Shown here one piece after another: positions 34,995 through 44,792 of a stretch of 64,000 nucleotides of DNA (its first letter is position 1; every line of letters starts with the position of its first letter). Under the pieces are notes generated by a model. The model had not been told where the DNA came from. It saw only the letters and a program-made list of their open reading frames with translations, and made no database searches. The position numbers and the translations under genes were made by a program. Location: NCBI GenBank assembly GCA_040006895.1, contig JBDTWB010000001.1, positions 1,802 through 65,801 of the forward strand, read 5' to 3'. Origin of the DNA: Casimicrobiaceae bacterium. GTDB lineage: Bacteria; Pseudomonadota; Gammaproteobacteria; Burkholderiales; Casimicrobiaceae.

Positions 34995-37046
34995 ATGGCG
35001 CAATACGCCACTGAGAACGTTCGCACCGCCGCCCTCGTGGGGCACGGCGCTTCCGGCAAGACCACGCTCGCCGAGGCCCTGCTCCTCAGGGCGGGCGCGC
35101 TCACCACGGCGGGAACGATCGAGCGGGGCACCACGGCCAGCGACTTCGACCCCCTGGAGAAGACGTTCCAGCATTCGCTGCGTGCGTCGATCCTGCACCT
35201 CGATACCGACGGCACGCGCGTCCACCTCATCGACACGCCCGGTTTTCCCGATTTCATCGGCCAGGCGATCGGTGCGCTCGATGCCGTCGAGACGGCCGCG
35301 ATCGTCATCAACGCCCAGGCCGGCATCGAGATGATCACCTCCCGCATGATGGAGTGGGCAGCCAAGCGCCAGCTGTGCCGGCTCATCATCATCAACAAGA
35401 TCGACGCCGAGAACATCGACCTGCCACGGCTCCTGGAGGAGATCCAGGCGGCGTTCGGCAAGGAGTGCCTGCCCATCAACCTGCCCGCCGACGGCGGCTC
35501 GCGCGTCGTCGACTGCTTTTTCAATCCGGAGGGTGCATCGGATTTTTCCTCGGTCGAGACGGCGCATCGCGCCCTCGTCGACCAGGTCGTCGAGGTTGAC
35601 GAGGAGCTGATGGCCCTGTATCTCGAGCAGGGCGAGATCGAGCCCGAGCAGCTGCACGCCCCATTCGAGCAGGCCTTGCGCGAAGGTCATCTCGTACCGG
35701 TGTGCTTCGCGAGCGCCCGCAATGGCGCCGGCATCGCCGAGCTCCTCGACGTGATGGTGAAGCTGCTGCCGAACCCGGCCGAAGGCAATCCGCCGCTGTT
35801 CTACAAGGGCGAAGGCGAGGGTGCGCAGGAATTCCGGTCCGAGCCCGACCCGAAGAAGCATGTCCTTGCCCATGTGTTCAAGGTCGTGATGGATCCATTC
35901 GTGGGCAAGCTCGGCGTCTTTCGCGTGCATCAGGGCACGGTGACCCGCGATACCCAGCTCTTTGTCGGCGATGGGCGCAAACCCTTCAAGGTCGGGCACC
36001 TGTTCATGCTCCAGGGTGGCAAGAACGTCGAGATCGACTCGGCCCGGCCCGGCGACATCGCCGCGGTGGCGAAGGTCGACGAGATCACCTTCGATGCGGT
36101 GCTCCACGATTCCCACGACGAGGACCACATCCACATGCGGCCGCTGGAGTTCCCCACTCCGATGCTGGGCGTGGCGATCACGCCCAAGAAGCGTGGCGAC
36201 GAGCAGCGCATTTCCGAGGTTCTGCATCGGATGATGGCCGAGGACCCCACCCTGACGCTGGAACACGACGGTACGTCGAATGAAACCGTGCTGCGGGCGC
36301 TGGGCGACCTCCACCTGCGCTCGGTGCTGGATCGCATGGCCAGCCAGTTCAAGGTCGAGGTGGATGTCCGGCCGCCCCGCATACCCTATCGCGAGACGAT
36401 CACCGCGCAGGCGGAAGGATTCCATCGTCACAAGAAGCAGACCGGTGGTGCCGGGCAGTTCGGCGAGGTGTCGCTGCGCGTCGAGCCCATGCCGCGCGGT
36501 GGTGGCTTCGAGTTCGTCGATGCGACCAAGGGCGGGGTCATCCCGCATCAGTTCATGCCCGCGGTCCAGAAGGGTGTCGAGCAGGTGCTCACCACCGGGG
36601 CGATCGCCGGGTTCCCGCTGCAGGACGTTCGGGTGGTGGTCTACGACGGCAAGCACCATCCGGTGGACTCGAAGGAGGTTGCCTTCATCTCCGCGGGACG
36701 CAAAGCTTTCCTGGACGCGATCGAGAAGGCTCGCCCGATCGTGCTCGAGCCGATCGTGAGCGTGGAGGTCATCTGTCCCGAGGCGAACACGGGCGACATC
36801 GCCGGCGACCTGTCGTCGCGGCGCGGCCAGGTCACCGGAACCCAGGGCATGCAGGCCGGCACGCTGGTGGTCAACGGCATCGCCCCGCTCGCCGAGCTCG
36901 ATGGCTACTCGGCGCGACTCAAGTCGGTCACGGGAGGGCACGGCTCATGGTCGATGGCGCTGTCGCACTACGAGCCCGCACCGCCCACGTTGCAGCAACG
37001 CCTGGTGGGCGAGTTCCAGAAGCAGCGGCGTCACGAGGAAGACTAG
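34995..37046 (+). CDS. elongation factor G paralog (EF-G-like translational GTPase, 683 aa)
   Basis: G1 GHGASGKTT, G3 DTPGFPDF, G4 INKID, and EF-G domain II-V-like sequence (HKKQTGGAGQFG, GFPLQDV...DGKHHPVDS). TAGGAGGAG SD before the ATG at 34995. Confidence 0.88.
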   Translation: MAQYATENVRTAALVGHGASGKTTLAEALLLRAGALTTAGTIERGTTASDFDPLEKTFQHSLRASILHLDTDGTRVHLIDTPGFPDFIGQAIGALDAVETAAIVINAQAGIEMITSRMMEWAAKRQLCRLIIINKIDAENIDLPRLLEEIQAAFGKECLPINLPADGGSRVVDCFFNPEGASDFSSVETAHRALVDQVVEVDEELMALYLEQGEIEPEQLHAPFEQALREGHLVPVCFASARNGAGIAELLDVMVKLLPNPAEGNPPLFYKGEGEGAQEFRSEPDPKKHVLAHVFKVVMDPFVGKLGVFRVHQGTVTRDTQLFVGDGRKPFKVGHLFMLQGGKNVEIDSARPGDIAAVAKVDEITFDAVLHDSHDEDHIHMRPLEFPTPMLGVAITPKKRGDEQRISEVLHRMMAEDPTLTLEHDGTSNETVLRALGDLHLRSVLDRMASQFKVEVDVRPPRIPYRETITAQAEGFHRHKKQTGGAGQFGEVSLRVEPMPRGGGFEFVDATKGGVIPHQFMPAVQKGVEQVLTTGAIAGFPLQDVRVVVYDGKHHPVDSKEVAFISAGRKAFLDAIEKARPIVLEPIVSVEVICPEANTGDIAGDLSSRRGQVTGTQGMQAGTLVVNGIAPLAELDGYSARLKSVTGGHGSWSMALSHYEPAPPTLQQRLVGEFQKQRRHEED

Positions 37047-37154
37047 CGAGGCCTGCACGACATTCCGGACCGGAAGCCATGGCGGTGCGGATGGGTAAGC
37101 GCCCCGCCATGCGGACGGTCATCGCGATCCGGGCTGGCCGGTGCCCGGACCCGG

Positions 37155-38624
37155 TCACGAGGCGCGCGCGCCCCTCCTGGCCGCGTCGAACGCATCGAGC
37201 GCCCGCTGCCGCGCGCCGTCGTGCGCGACGATGGGAGCCGGGTAGTCCTTGCCGATGGTCACCCCGAACGTACGCTGCGCTTCCTCGGATAGCTGCCACG
37301 GCGCGTGAATGTCGGGGGCCGGGACGTGGACGAGTTCCGGCACGTACCGCCGGATATAGGTCCCGTCCGGATCGAATCGCTCCGACTGGGTGACCGGATT
37401 GAAGATCCGGAACCACGGCTGGGCGTCGCAGCCCACCGACGCTGCCCATTGCCACCCGCCGTTGTTGGAGGCGAGGTCGTAGTCGATGAGGTGCCGGGCG
37501 AAAAAACGCTCGCCGCGGCGCCAGTCGATGAGCAGGTCCTTGGTCAGGAAGCTCGCGGTGATCATGCGCAGGCGGTTGTGCATCCAGCCCGTGTTGGTGA
37601 GCTGGCGCATGCCCGCGTCGACCAAGGGGTAACCCGTGCGGCCTTTGCACCACGCGTCGAAGCCTCGCTTGTCGTTTCGCCAGCGTATGGCGCTATATTC
37701 GGTCTTGTAGGGCTCGCGCACGACGCGAGGGAAATGGTCGAGGAACTGGGCGTAGAAGTCACGCCAGACGAGCTCATCGAGCCACTTCTGGGCACCGGGT
37801 GCGGCGCTCGCCAGCGCGCGCTGGTGTGCCATCGCGGCCAGCGCGCGCACCGACACCGTGCCGAAGCGCAGGTGCACCGACAGTCGGGACGTGCCCTCGC
37901 GCGCGGGCAGGTCCCGGTCGGTGGCGTAGTCGTCCAGGGCATCGACAAACCGTGCTGCAGTGTGCGATGCACCTTGCATACCGGGTTCGGCGCCGTCGAG
38001 GTCGACCGACTCGAAGCCGAGGTCGCACAGGGACGGCAGGCTGGCCTTCCGGGCGGGCCTGGCCAAGGTCCCGGCGGCGCGTGGCGGATCGCGCGACGCG
38101 AGTGCGGCCGGGTCGAGCGCACGCCGCCAGGCGTTCTTGTAGGGTGTGAACACGGTGAATGGCTTGCCCTGCCTGGTCAGCACCTCGTCACCGTCGAAGA
38201 TGACCTGGTCCTTGACGGTGATCCAGGCGATATCCCCGCTCTCGAGCGCCCTGGCCACTGCGGCATCGCGGGCCTTCGCCCCGGGCTCGTAATCGCGGCT
38301 GGCGACCACCGCCTGCACGGCGAGCTCCACGGCCAGCGCGGGAATCGCATCGCGGGCCCGATCGTGCAGCACCACGAGGCCGCCGCCACGGCGGGCGAGC
38401 GCTGCATCGAGCTCGGCGACGCTCGCGTGAATGAACGCCACCCGCCGATCGCGCGGGCTCGGCAGCGCGTCCAGGATCTCCCGGTCGAACACGAAGACGC
38501 AATACACTTCACGGGCCATCGCCAGCGCATGCGCCAGCGCGGCGTGATCCGTGTCACGCAAGTCCCGGCGGAACCAGACGAGGGCCCGCCCGACCGGCAG
38601 GGCGAGTGCGCCGTCGGCCTTCAC
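37155..38624 (-). CDS. phrB: deoxyribodipyrimidine photolyase (class I CPD photolyase/cryptochrome family)
   Basis: LVWFRRDLRDTDHAAL, TGYPLVDAGMRQLTNTGWMHNRLRMITASFL, and NNGGWQWAAS. The GTG start overlaps the upstream stop (GTGA). Confidence 0.92.
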   Translation of the reverse strand: MKADGALALPVGRALVWFRRDLRDTDHAALAHALAMAREVYCVFVFDREILDALPSPRDRRVAFIHASVAELDAALARRGGGLVVLHDRARDAIPALAVELAVQAVVASRDYEPGAKARDAAVARALESGDIAWITVKDQVIFDGDEVLTRQGKPFTVFTPYKNAWRRALDPAALASRDPPRAAGTLARPARKASLPSLCDLGFESVDLDGAEPGMQGASHTAARFVDALDDYATDRDLPAREGTSRLSVHLRFGTVSVRALAAMAHQRALASAAPGAQKWLDELVWRDFYAQFLDHFPRVVREPYKTEYSAIRWRNDKRGFDAWCKGRTGYPLVDAGMRQLTNTGWMHNRLRMITASFLTKDLLIDWRRGERFFARHLIDYDLASNNGGWQWAASVGCDAQPWFRIFNPVTQSERFDPDGTYIRRYVPELVHVPAPDIHAPWQLSEEAQRTFGVTIGKDYPAPIVAHDGARQRALDAFDAARRGARAS

Positions 38625-39967
38625 CGAGCCGGCCGCGGCGCACGCAGGTCGACGGCGGCGATGGCATGCTTCCAGAGCAGCGTGCCGTCGCTATCGTAGG
38701 CCTCGAATGCGATCGACCGCCGGGTCACCGGGCCGGTCACCCGCAGCATGCCGAAGTTGCGCCGGGTGGTCAGGGTGCCGGGCACGAGATCGGGGTTGTC
38801 GCGTTCGGCCGCGTCGGGATGGCCAAACGCCCGGTAGGTCAACGGCGACGACGTGAATTCGTAGAGCGGGTAGGTGCCTTCGCGCGGCAGGCGCAGGAGC
38901 TCGCCGAAATGGCGATCTCCGGAAAGAAAGATCACCCCGTCGATGGGACGTTCGGCAAGCCACTGCGCGAGCCGGCGCTGCTCGTCCGGGAACTGGTGCA
39001 GCCCTTCGAACCGGCTGGCCCGGTTCCAGAGCTGGCTGCCATTGGCGACGATCTTGATCCGCGCCCTGGAGGAGAGGAGCGCTTCCTTGAGCCACTCGAA
39101 CTGGGCGCTGCCGAACATCGACTTCTCGGGAACATCGGGATAACGATTGGGATAGCGGTGGTAGCGGTCGTCGAGAAGGAAAAGATCGACATCACCGAGG
39201 TGCACCCAGCCGAAGATGCCGGGCACACCGGGCAGGCCGTGCGATGGATTGGGCCAGTAGCGCTTGAACAGCCGCAGGGTCTCGTCCTTGAACACGTACG
39301 AGCGGTCGCCGTCGTTCGGGCCGTAGTCGTGATCGTCCCAGATTGCCAGCTGCGGGACGTCGCCGAGCAGCCGCTGCAGGGGGGCGAATGCGCGCGCCTC
39401 GCGATAATGCGTCGCCATTGCGGTGGGATCGGCGAAGTCGGGCGTCTGCAGGTAGAGGTTGTCGCCCAGCCAGAGCATGAGATCCGGCGCCTTGGCGGCG
39501 ATGGCGTCGAAGATCTGGTAGTCGCCGCCGTTATCGGTGGCGAACGCGGGATCCGGGTAGCGCACGAAATGGCAGGAGCCGAACGCGATCACGATCTCGG
39601 GAGCGTCGCCCGACCGCGGCGCCGGGGCCTGCGTCGACAGCCTGCCGTCACGCACCTCACCGCCGCCGCGTACCTGGTAGCGGTACCGGGTTCCAGGGCG
39701 CAAACCGGGGACCCGCAGCGATGCGGCGTGATCGTTGTCGGGGGTGGCGTCGAGCGTGAACTGGCGGGTTTCTCCACCAGCTTCCGGCGTGATGTCCACC
39801 GTTACGGGTCCCGGACGATCGGCTTGTACCCACAGCACGGCGCTGGTGTAGTCCGCAAAGCCTTGCATCACCACCAGTCGAGATTCCGCGGCGACGGGCA
39901 GGAGCAGCGCCGCCGCGAGGAGGACGTGTAGTACGCAAGGCGGCGGACGGCAGGGTACGCGGGGCAT
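38621..39967 (-). CDS. PhoD-like alkaline phosphatase / metallophosphatase, secreted
   Basis: Signal-like N-terminus ...[37 protein letters not shown], and [11 protein letters not shown] metallophosphatase motifs. Confidence 0.85.
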   Translation of the reverse strand: MPRVPCRPPPCVLHVLLAAALLLPVAAESRLVVMQGFADYTSAVLWVQADRPGPVTVDITPEAGGETRQFTLDATPDNDHAASLRVPGLRPGTRYRYQVRGGGEVRDGRLSTQAPAPRSGDAPEIVIAFGSCHFVRYPDPAFATDNGGDYQIFDAIAAKAPDLMLWLGDNLYLQTPDFADPTAMATHYREARAFAPLQRLLGDVPQLAIWDDHDYGPNDGDRSYVFKDETLRLFKRYWPNPSHGLPGVPGIFGWVHLGDVDLFLLDDRYHRYPNRYPDVPEKSMFGSAQFEWLKEALLSSRARIKIVANGSQLWNRASRFEGLHQFPDEQRRLAQWLAERPIDGVIFLSGDRHFGELLRLPREGTYPLYEFTSSPLTYRAFGHPDAAERDNPDLVPGTLTTRRNFGMLRVTGPVTRRSIAFEAYDSDGTLLWKHAIAAVDLRAPRPAR

Positions 39968-40044
39968 GGTCGGGGGCGCGCCGGAACGGCGCCAAGATGC
40001 GGTGTCAAATTGTGCCGGGGGTGCCGCGCGTTTACAATAAAGGC

Positions 40045-40614
40045 ATGGCCGGCGGTAACCCCAACAATTTCACCAATCATTTCCTCATCGCCATGCCCGC
40101 GATGGCGGACCCACACTTCGCGCACGCGCTCACCTACATCTGCGAGCACAACGACGACGGTGCCCTGGGGATCGTCGTGAACAAGCCCACCGACATGACG
40201 CTCTCGGCGTTGTTCGAGCAGATCGAGGTGCCGCTCGCCGACGCGGCGCTCGGGCGCACCGCGGTTCACTTCGGCGGACCAGTGCAGGTCGACCGCGGCT
40301 TCGTCCTCCATCGCCCCCTCGGCAACTGGCAGTCAACGCTCGCCGTGCGCGACGACATGGGGCTCACCACGTCCAAGGATGTCCTGGAGGCCCTCGCTCG
40401 CGGCGAGGGCCCGACCGAGGTGTTCGTCTCCCTCGGGTATGCGGGTTGGGGCGCGGGCCAGCTCGAGCAGGAGATCCTGCAGAACGCGTGGCTCACCGTC
40501 GAGGCCGATCCGGACCTCGTCTTCGACGTCCCCGCCGAGGAGCGCCTGCCCGCAGCGATGCAGCTCCTCGGCATCGATTTCTCGCGTCTGTCCGACGATG
40601 TCGGACACGCATGA
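40045..40614 (+). CDS. yqgE: YqgE/AlgH-family protein (UPF0301)
   Basis: [38 protein letters not shown]. Start trimmed from 39997. Confidence 0.9.
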   Translation: MAGGNPNNFTNHFLIAMPAMADPHFAHALTYICEHNDDGALGIVVNKPTDMTLSALFEQIEVPLADAALGRTAVHFGGPVQVDRGFVLHRPLGNWQSTLAVRDDMGLTTSKDVLEALARGEGPTEVFVSLGYAGWGAGQLEQEILQNAWLTVEADPDLVFDVPAEERLPAAMQLLGIDFSRLSDDVGHA

Positions 40615-41071
40615 TCGCCGCGCTGGCGCAGCCGAATCCGTACCCGGCGGTACCGTGCTCGGCTTCGACTTCGGCACCCGCAAGATCGGCGTCGCGGTGG
40701 GCAACACCATCACCGGGGCAGCGCGCGCCCTCACGACGGTCCGGGATGAGCCGGGCTCGGCGCGCCGTGCCGCCATCGGCGCACTGATCGTGGACTGGGC
40801 GCCCGTCGCGCTCGTCACCGGCCGACCGTTGCATGCCGACGGCAGCACCCATGCCGTCACCGCGCTCGCCGATGCATTTGCGCAGGAGCTCCGCCAGCGC
40901 TTCGCTCTGCCAGTCGAGCAGGTCGACGAGCGCTATACCACCCAGATCGCCGACATCGAGCGCAAGGCGCGCGGCCGCTACCGCGGCGAGGCGGACCGGG
41001 ACGCGCATGCTGCCGCGATCATTCTGCAGGCATGGCTGGACGCGCGGTCCCATGCCGCGCCGCAAACGTAG
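40598..41071 (+). CDS. ruvX: Holliday junction resolvase-like / pre-16S rRNA nuclease YqgF
   Basis: [17 protein letters not shown]...VDERYTT. Overlaps the yqgE 3' end by 17 nt. Confidence 0.9.
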   Translation: MSDTHDRRAGAAESVPGGTVLGFDFGTRKIGVAVGNTITGAARALTTVRDEPGSARRAAIGALIVDWAPVALVTGRPLHADGSTHAVTALADAFAQELRQRFALPVEQVDERYTTQIADIERKARGRYRGEADRDAHAAAIILQAWLDARSHAAPQT

Positions 41072-41083
41072 AGGCAAGCGAGC

Positions 41084-41599
41084 GTGACCCTCCCGAATGC
41101 CGAGCACGTCCTCGAAGTCCTGGCGAAGGAAATGGCAGGTGCCGTCGCCCATGATGCGTGCCTGGTCGGTATCTACTCGGGTGGTGCATGGCTTGCCGAA
41201 CGCCTCGCGGCCCTGCTGCCGGGCGACCATCCGCTCGGCTATATCGACGTCTCGTTCTACCGCGACGATTTCGCCCGCAAGGGCCTGAAGCCCGAGGTCA
41301 AGCGGACCCGGTTGCCCTTCGAAGTGCGGGGTGCCAGCATCGTCCTGGTCGACGACGTGCTCTATACCGGACGCAGCGTGCGGGCCGCCATCAACGAGCT
41401 GTTCGATTTCGGCAGGCCCGCACGCGTCGATCTCGCGGTGCTGATCGACCGCGGCGGCCGCGAACTGCCGATCGAGGCGACCTACGTCGGCACCCGCATC
41501 GCGGTGGCGCGCGACACGTCGGTGGTGCTGTCGCGCGACGCGGCGGGGACGTTGTCCCTCGGGACCGAGCCCGCGGAAGGCACGGTGCCGGATGCGTAA
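41084..41599 (+). CDS. pyrR: bifunctional pyrimidine regulatory protein / uracil phosphoribosyltransferase PyrR
   Basis: PRPP-binding motif [17 protein letters not shown]. 171 aa, positioned before pyrB. Confidence 0.9.
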   Translation: MTLPNAEHVLEVLAKEMAGAVAHDACLVGIYSGGAWLAERLAALLPGDHPLGYIDVSFYRDDFARKGLKPEVKRTRLPFEVRGASIVLVDDVLYTGRSVRAAINELFDFGRPARVDLAVLIDRGGRELPIEATYVGTRIAVARDTSVVLSRDAAGTLSLGTEPAEGTVPDA

Positions 41600-42551
41600 T
41601 CCACAGCTCGATGCCGACGGCGCGCTGGTCCACCTCCTGACGCTCGAGGGACTGCCGGCCGACGTCATCCGGCACATCCTCGACACGGCCGTGCCGTTTG
41701 CCTCGATCTCCGAACGGGACGTGAAGAAAGTGCCGCTGCTGCGCGGCAAGGGCGTGTTCAACCTGTTCTTCGAAAGCTCGACCCGCACCCGGACCACCTT
41801 CGAGATCGCCGCCAAGCGGCTCTCGGCCGACGTGATCAACCTCAACATCGCGGTGTCGTCGACGTCCAAGGGCGAGACTTTGCTCGATACCGTCGACAAC
41901 CTGGTGGCGATGAACGCCGACATGTTCGTGGTGCGGCACGCGCAATCCGGCGCGCCGCACCTCATTGCCGAGCACCTCAACCGCAAGGCCGGCGGCAGCG
42001 TGCACGTGGTCAACGCCGGCGACGGGCGGCATGCGCATCCCACCCAGGGCCTGCTCGACCTCTTCACCATCCGGCACTACAAGCGCGACTTCACCAATCT
42101 CACAGTGGCGATCGTCGGCGACGTGCTGCACTCACGGGTGGCACGCTCCCTCATTCATGGCCTCACGACCCTGGGCACGCCGGAGGTGCGGGTGATCGGC
42201 CCGAAGACCCTGCTCCCCACGGCCCTCGAGTCCCTCGGCGTCCATGTCTTCCACGACATGCGCGCCGGCCTCAAGGACTGCGACGTGGTCGTGATGCTGC
42301 GCCTGCAGAGCGAGCGCATGCGCGGCGCCCTGCTGCCGTCGGCCGGCGAATACTTCAAGCATTACGGCCTGACCCTCGACAAGCTGGCGCTTGCCAGGCC
42401 CGACGTGATCGTGATGCATCCCGGACCGATGAACCGCGGGGTCGAGATCGACTCGTCCGTCGCCGACGGCCAGCACGCCGTGATCCTGCCGCAGGTGACC
42501 TTCGGGATCGCCGTGCGCATGGCCGTGATGAGCATTCTCGCGGGCAACTAG
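41592..42551 (+). CDS. pyrB: aspartate carbamoyltransferase catalytic subunit
   Basis: [21 protein letters not shown], and [12 protein letters not shown] motifs. Confidence 0.93.
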   Translation: MRNPQLDADGALVHLLTLEGLPADVIRHILDTAVPFASISERDVKKVPLLRGKGVFNLFFESSTRTRTTFEIAAKRLSADVINLNIAVSSTSKGETLLDTVDNLVAMNADMFVVRHAQSGAPHLIAEHLNRKAGGSVHVVNAGDGRHAHPTQGLLDLFTIRHYKRDFTNLTVAIVGDVLHSRVARSLIHGLTTLGTPEVRVIGPKTLLPTALESLGVHVFHDMRAGLKDCDVVVMLRLQSERMRGALLPSAGEYFKHYGLTLDKLALARPDVIVMHPGPMNRGVEIDSSVADGQHAVILPQVTFGIAVRMAVMSILAGN

Positions 42552-42563
42552 AGGCGCGCCCGC

Positions 42564-43889
42564 ATGGACCCAGCGAACCAGGCGAACATGCGCATCGAGA
42601 TCCGCGGCGGCCGTGTGGTCGATCCTTCCAGGGACACCGATCGCGTGATGTCGCTGTACCTCGCGGAGGGGCGCATCGCCACCCATGGCCAGGCGCCTTC
42701 CGGCTGGCAGCCGGATCGGGTGATCGACGCGAGCGGCCTGGTCGTAGCGCCGGGATTTGTCGATATTGCGGTGCGCCTGGGGGAGCCCGGCCTCGAGTAC
42801 AAGGCGACACTGGAGTCGGAACTCGCCGCCGCCGTCGCAGGCGGAATCACCAGCCTTGCCTGCCCGCCCGACACCGACCCCCCGCTCGACGAGCCGGGCC
42901 TGGTGGAAATGCTGAAGTACCGCGCCCGGTCGCTGCATCAGGCCAACGTCTACCCGATCGGCGCGCTCACGGTCGGCCTCGCCGGCGAGAAGCTGACCGA
43001 GATGAGCGAGCTCGCCGAGCGCGGCTGCGTCGCGTTCTCCCAGGCCGACCGGCCCCTCGTCGACACCCAGGTCCTGCAGCGCGCGCTTCAGTACGCCGCA
43101 ACGTTCGGGCATCGGGTGTTCCTCCGTCCCGAGGATCCGCATCTCGCGCGGCTGGGCATTGCCCACGACGGCGAGGTCGCTACGCGACTGGGTTTGTCGG
43201 GCATCCCATCGTCGGCCGAGACCGTCGCGCTGTCGACGATCTTTCATCTGGTGCGCGAAACCGGCGCCCGGGTGCATATCTGCCGGCTGTCGAGCGCCGA
43301 CGGTGTCGGCCTGGTGCGCGCCGCGAAGTCCGAGGGCCTGCCGATCACCTGCGATGTCGCCGTGCATCATCTCCATCTTTCCGACATCGACATCGGCTGG
43401 TTCGATACCCGCTATCGCTTGATCCCGCCGCTGCGCAGCACCCGCGACCGTGCGGCGCTGCGTGCCGGTCTTGTCGACGGGACGATCGACCTGGTCTGCT
43501 CCGATCACACGCCGGTCGACGACGACGGCAAGCAGGTGCCCTTCGGGGAAGCCGAGCCGGGTGCGACGGGTGCCGAGTTGCTGCTGCCGCTGTTGCTCGC
43601 GTGGGCGGCGCGCGACGGCGTACCGCTGCCACGGGCGCTTCGTGCGATCACCAGCGTGCCGGCGCACGTGCTCGGGGTCGCGGGCGGCACGCTGGGTCCC
43701 GGCGCCGCAGCCGACCTGTGCATCTTCGCGCCCGACGCGCACTGGACGGTCGGCCGCAATACGCTGCGTAGCCAGAGCACGAATACACCCTACTTCGGCC
43801 GGGAAGTGCTCGGACGCGTGCGCTACACCCTGGTGGATGGGCGGGTTCTGTACGCGTCCGAGCCCGTTGCCGCGTCGCCGCGGACCTAG
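42564..43889 (+). CDS. pyrC: dihydroorotase-like protein, probably the non-catalytic PyrC' partner of ATCase
   Basis: DHOase-fold sequence, but the HxH metal motif is replaced (GFVDIAVRLGEPG). Immediately follows pyrB, as in pseudomonads. An alternative ATG at 42588 gives MRIEIRGG.... Confidence 0.88.
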   Translation: MDPANQANMRIEIRGGRVVDPSRDTDRVMSLYLAEGRIATHGQAPSGWQPDRVIDASGLVVAPGFVDIAVRLGEPGLEYKATLESELAAAVAGGITSLACPPDTDPPLDEPGLVEMLKYRARSLHQANVYPIGALTVGLAGEKLTEMSELAERGCVAFSQADRPLVDTQVLQRALQYAATFGHRVFLRPEDPHLARLGIAHDGEVATRLGLSGIPSSAETVALSTIFHLVRETGARVHICRLSSADGVGLVRAAKSEGLPITCDVAVHHLHLSDIDIGWFDTRYRLIPPLRSTRDRAALRAGLVDGTIDLVCSDHTPVDDDGKQVPFGEAEPGATGAELLLPLLLAWAARDGVPLPRALRAITSVPAHVLGVAGGTLGPGAAADLCIFAPDAHWTVGRNTLRSQSTNTPYFGREVLGRVRYTLVDGRVLYASEPVAASPRT

Positions 43890-44476
43890 GCAGGTTTCTG
43901 CGCCCGGGGCTCCCGCCCGAGCGCATAGAACTCGTCGTTGGGCCGCATGCCGATCATGTTGGCCATGCGATTCGACAGGGCGAAGAACGCCGCGATGGCG
44001 CCGATATCCCAGATGTCCTCGTCAACAAATCCGGCCGCGCGCAACGATGCGAAATTGTCGTCGTCGATGGTCGCGCTGTCCTGGGCCACGCGCAGCGCGA
44101 AGTCGAGCATGACCCGCTGCCTGGGCGTGATGTCGGCCTTTCGATAGTTGGTGGCCACCTGGTCGGCGAGGCGCGGATTCCTGGCGTAGATCCGCAGGAT
44201 CGCGCCGTGCGCGACGACGCAGTACAGGCAGTCGTTGGCGCCGGAGGTCGCCACGACGATCATTTCCCGCTCGGCCTTGGTGAGGCCGCCGTCCTTCAGC
44301 ATCAGCGCGTCGTGGTAGGCGAAGAACGCCCGGAACTCGTCGGGGCGGTGCGCGAGCGTCAGGAACACGTTCGGCACGAACCCGGCCTTTTCCTGGACCT
44401 CGACGATCCGGGCGCGGATGTCGTCCGCAACGGTGGCCAGGTCCGGGACCGGGTAGCGCGAAATGGGCGCACTCAC
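43886..44476 (-). CDS. carboxymuconolactone decarboxylase / AhpD-like peroxidase-related protein
   Basis: AEREMIVVATSGANDCLYCVVAHG carries the CxxC..H AhpD-type motif. Confidence 0.83.
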   Translation of the reverse strand: MSAPISRYPVPDLATVADDIRARIVEVQEKAGFVPNVFLTLAHRPDEFRAFFAYHDALMLKDGGLTKAEREMIVVATSGANDCLYCVVAHGAILRIYARNPRLADQVATNYRKADITPRQRVMLDFALRVAQDSATIDDDNFASLRAAGFVDEDIWDIGAIAAFFALSNRMANMIGMRPNDEFYALGREPRAQKPA

Positions 44477-44480
44477 CGGG

Positions 44481-44756
44481 CTACCCGTTCGTAGGCGGGA
44501 CGTAACCGGAGGGCATCGCCGCGCCGCCGCCGAAGAAGTGCTGCTCCATCTGCTCGGCGAGCCACTTGCGGGCGCGCGCGTCCGCGAGCGACAGGCGATT
44601 CTCGTTGACCAGCATGGTCTGTTGCTTGAGCCACTGCTGCCACGCCTCCTTCGACACGCTTTCGTAGATCCGCTTGCCGAGCTCTCCCGGATACGGAGGG
44701 AAATCCAGACCTTCGGCCTCGCGGCCGAGCTTCACGCAATTGACCGTGCGTGCCAT
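44481..44756 (-). CDS. yggX: Fe(2+)-trafficking protein YggX
   Basis: [52 protein letters not shown]. Confidence 0.92.
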   Translation of the reverse strand: MARTVNCVKLGREAEGLDFPPYPGELGKRIYESVSKEAWQQWLKQQTMLVNENRLSLADARARKWLAEQMEQHFFGGGAAMPSGYVPPTNG

Positions 44757-44792
44757 GGCGACTCCTTGAGATTGATTCGTTGATGCCAGCCG

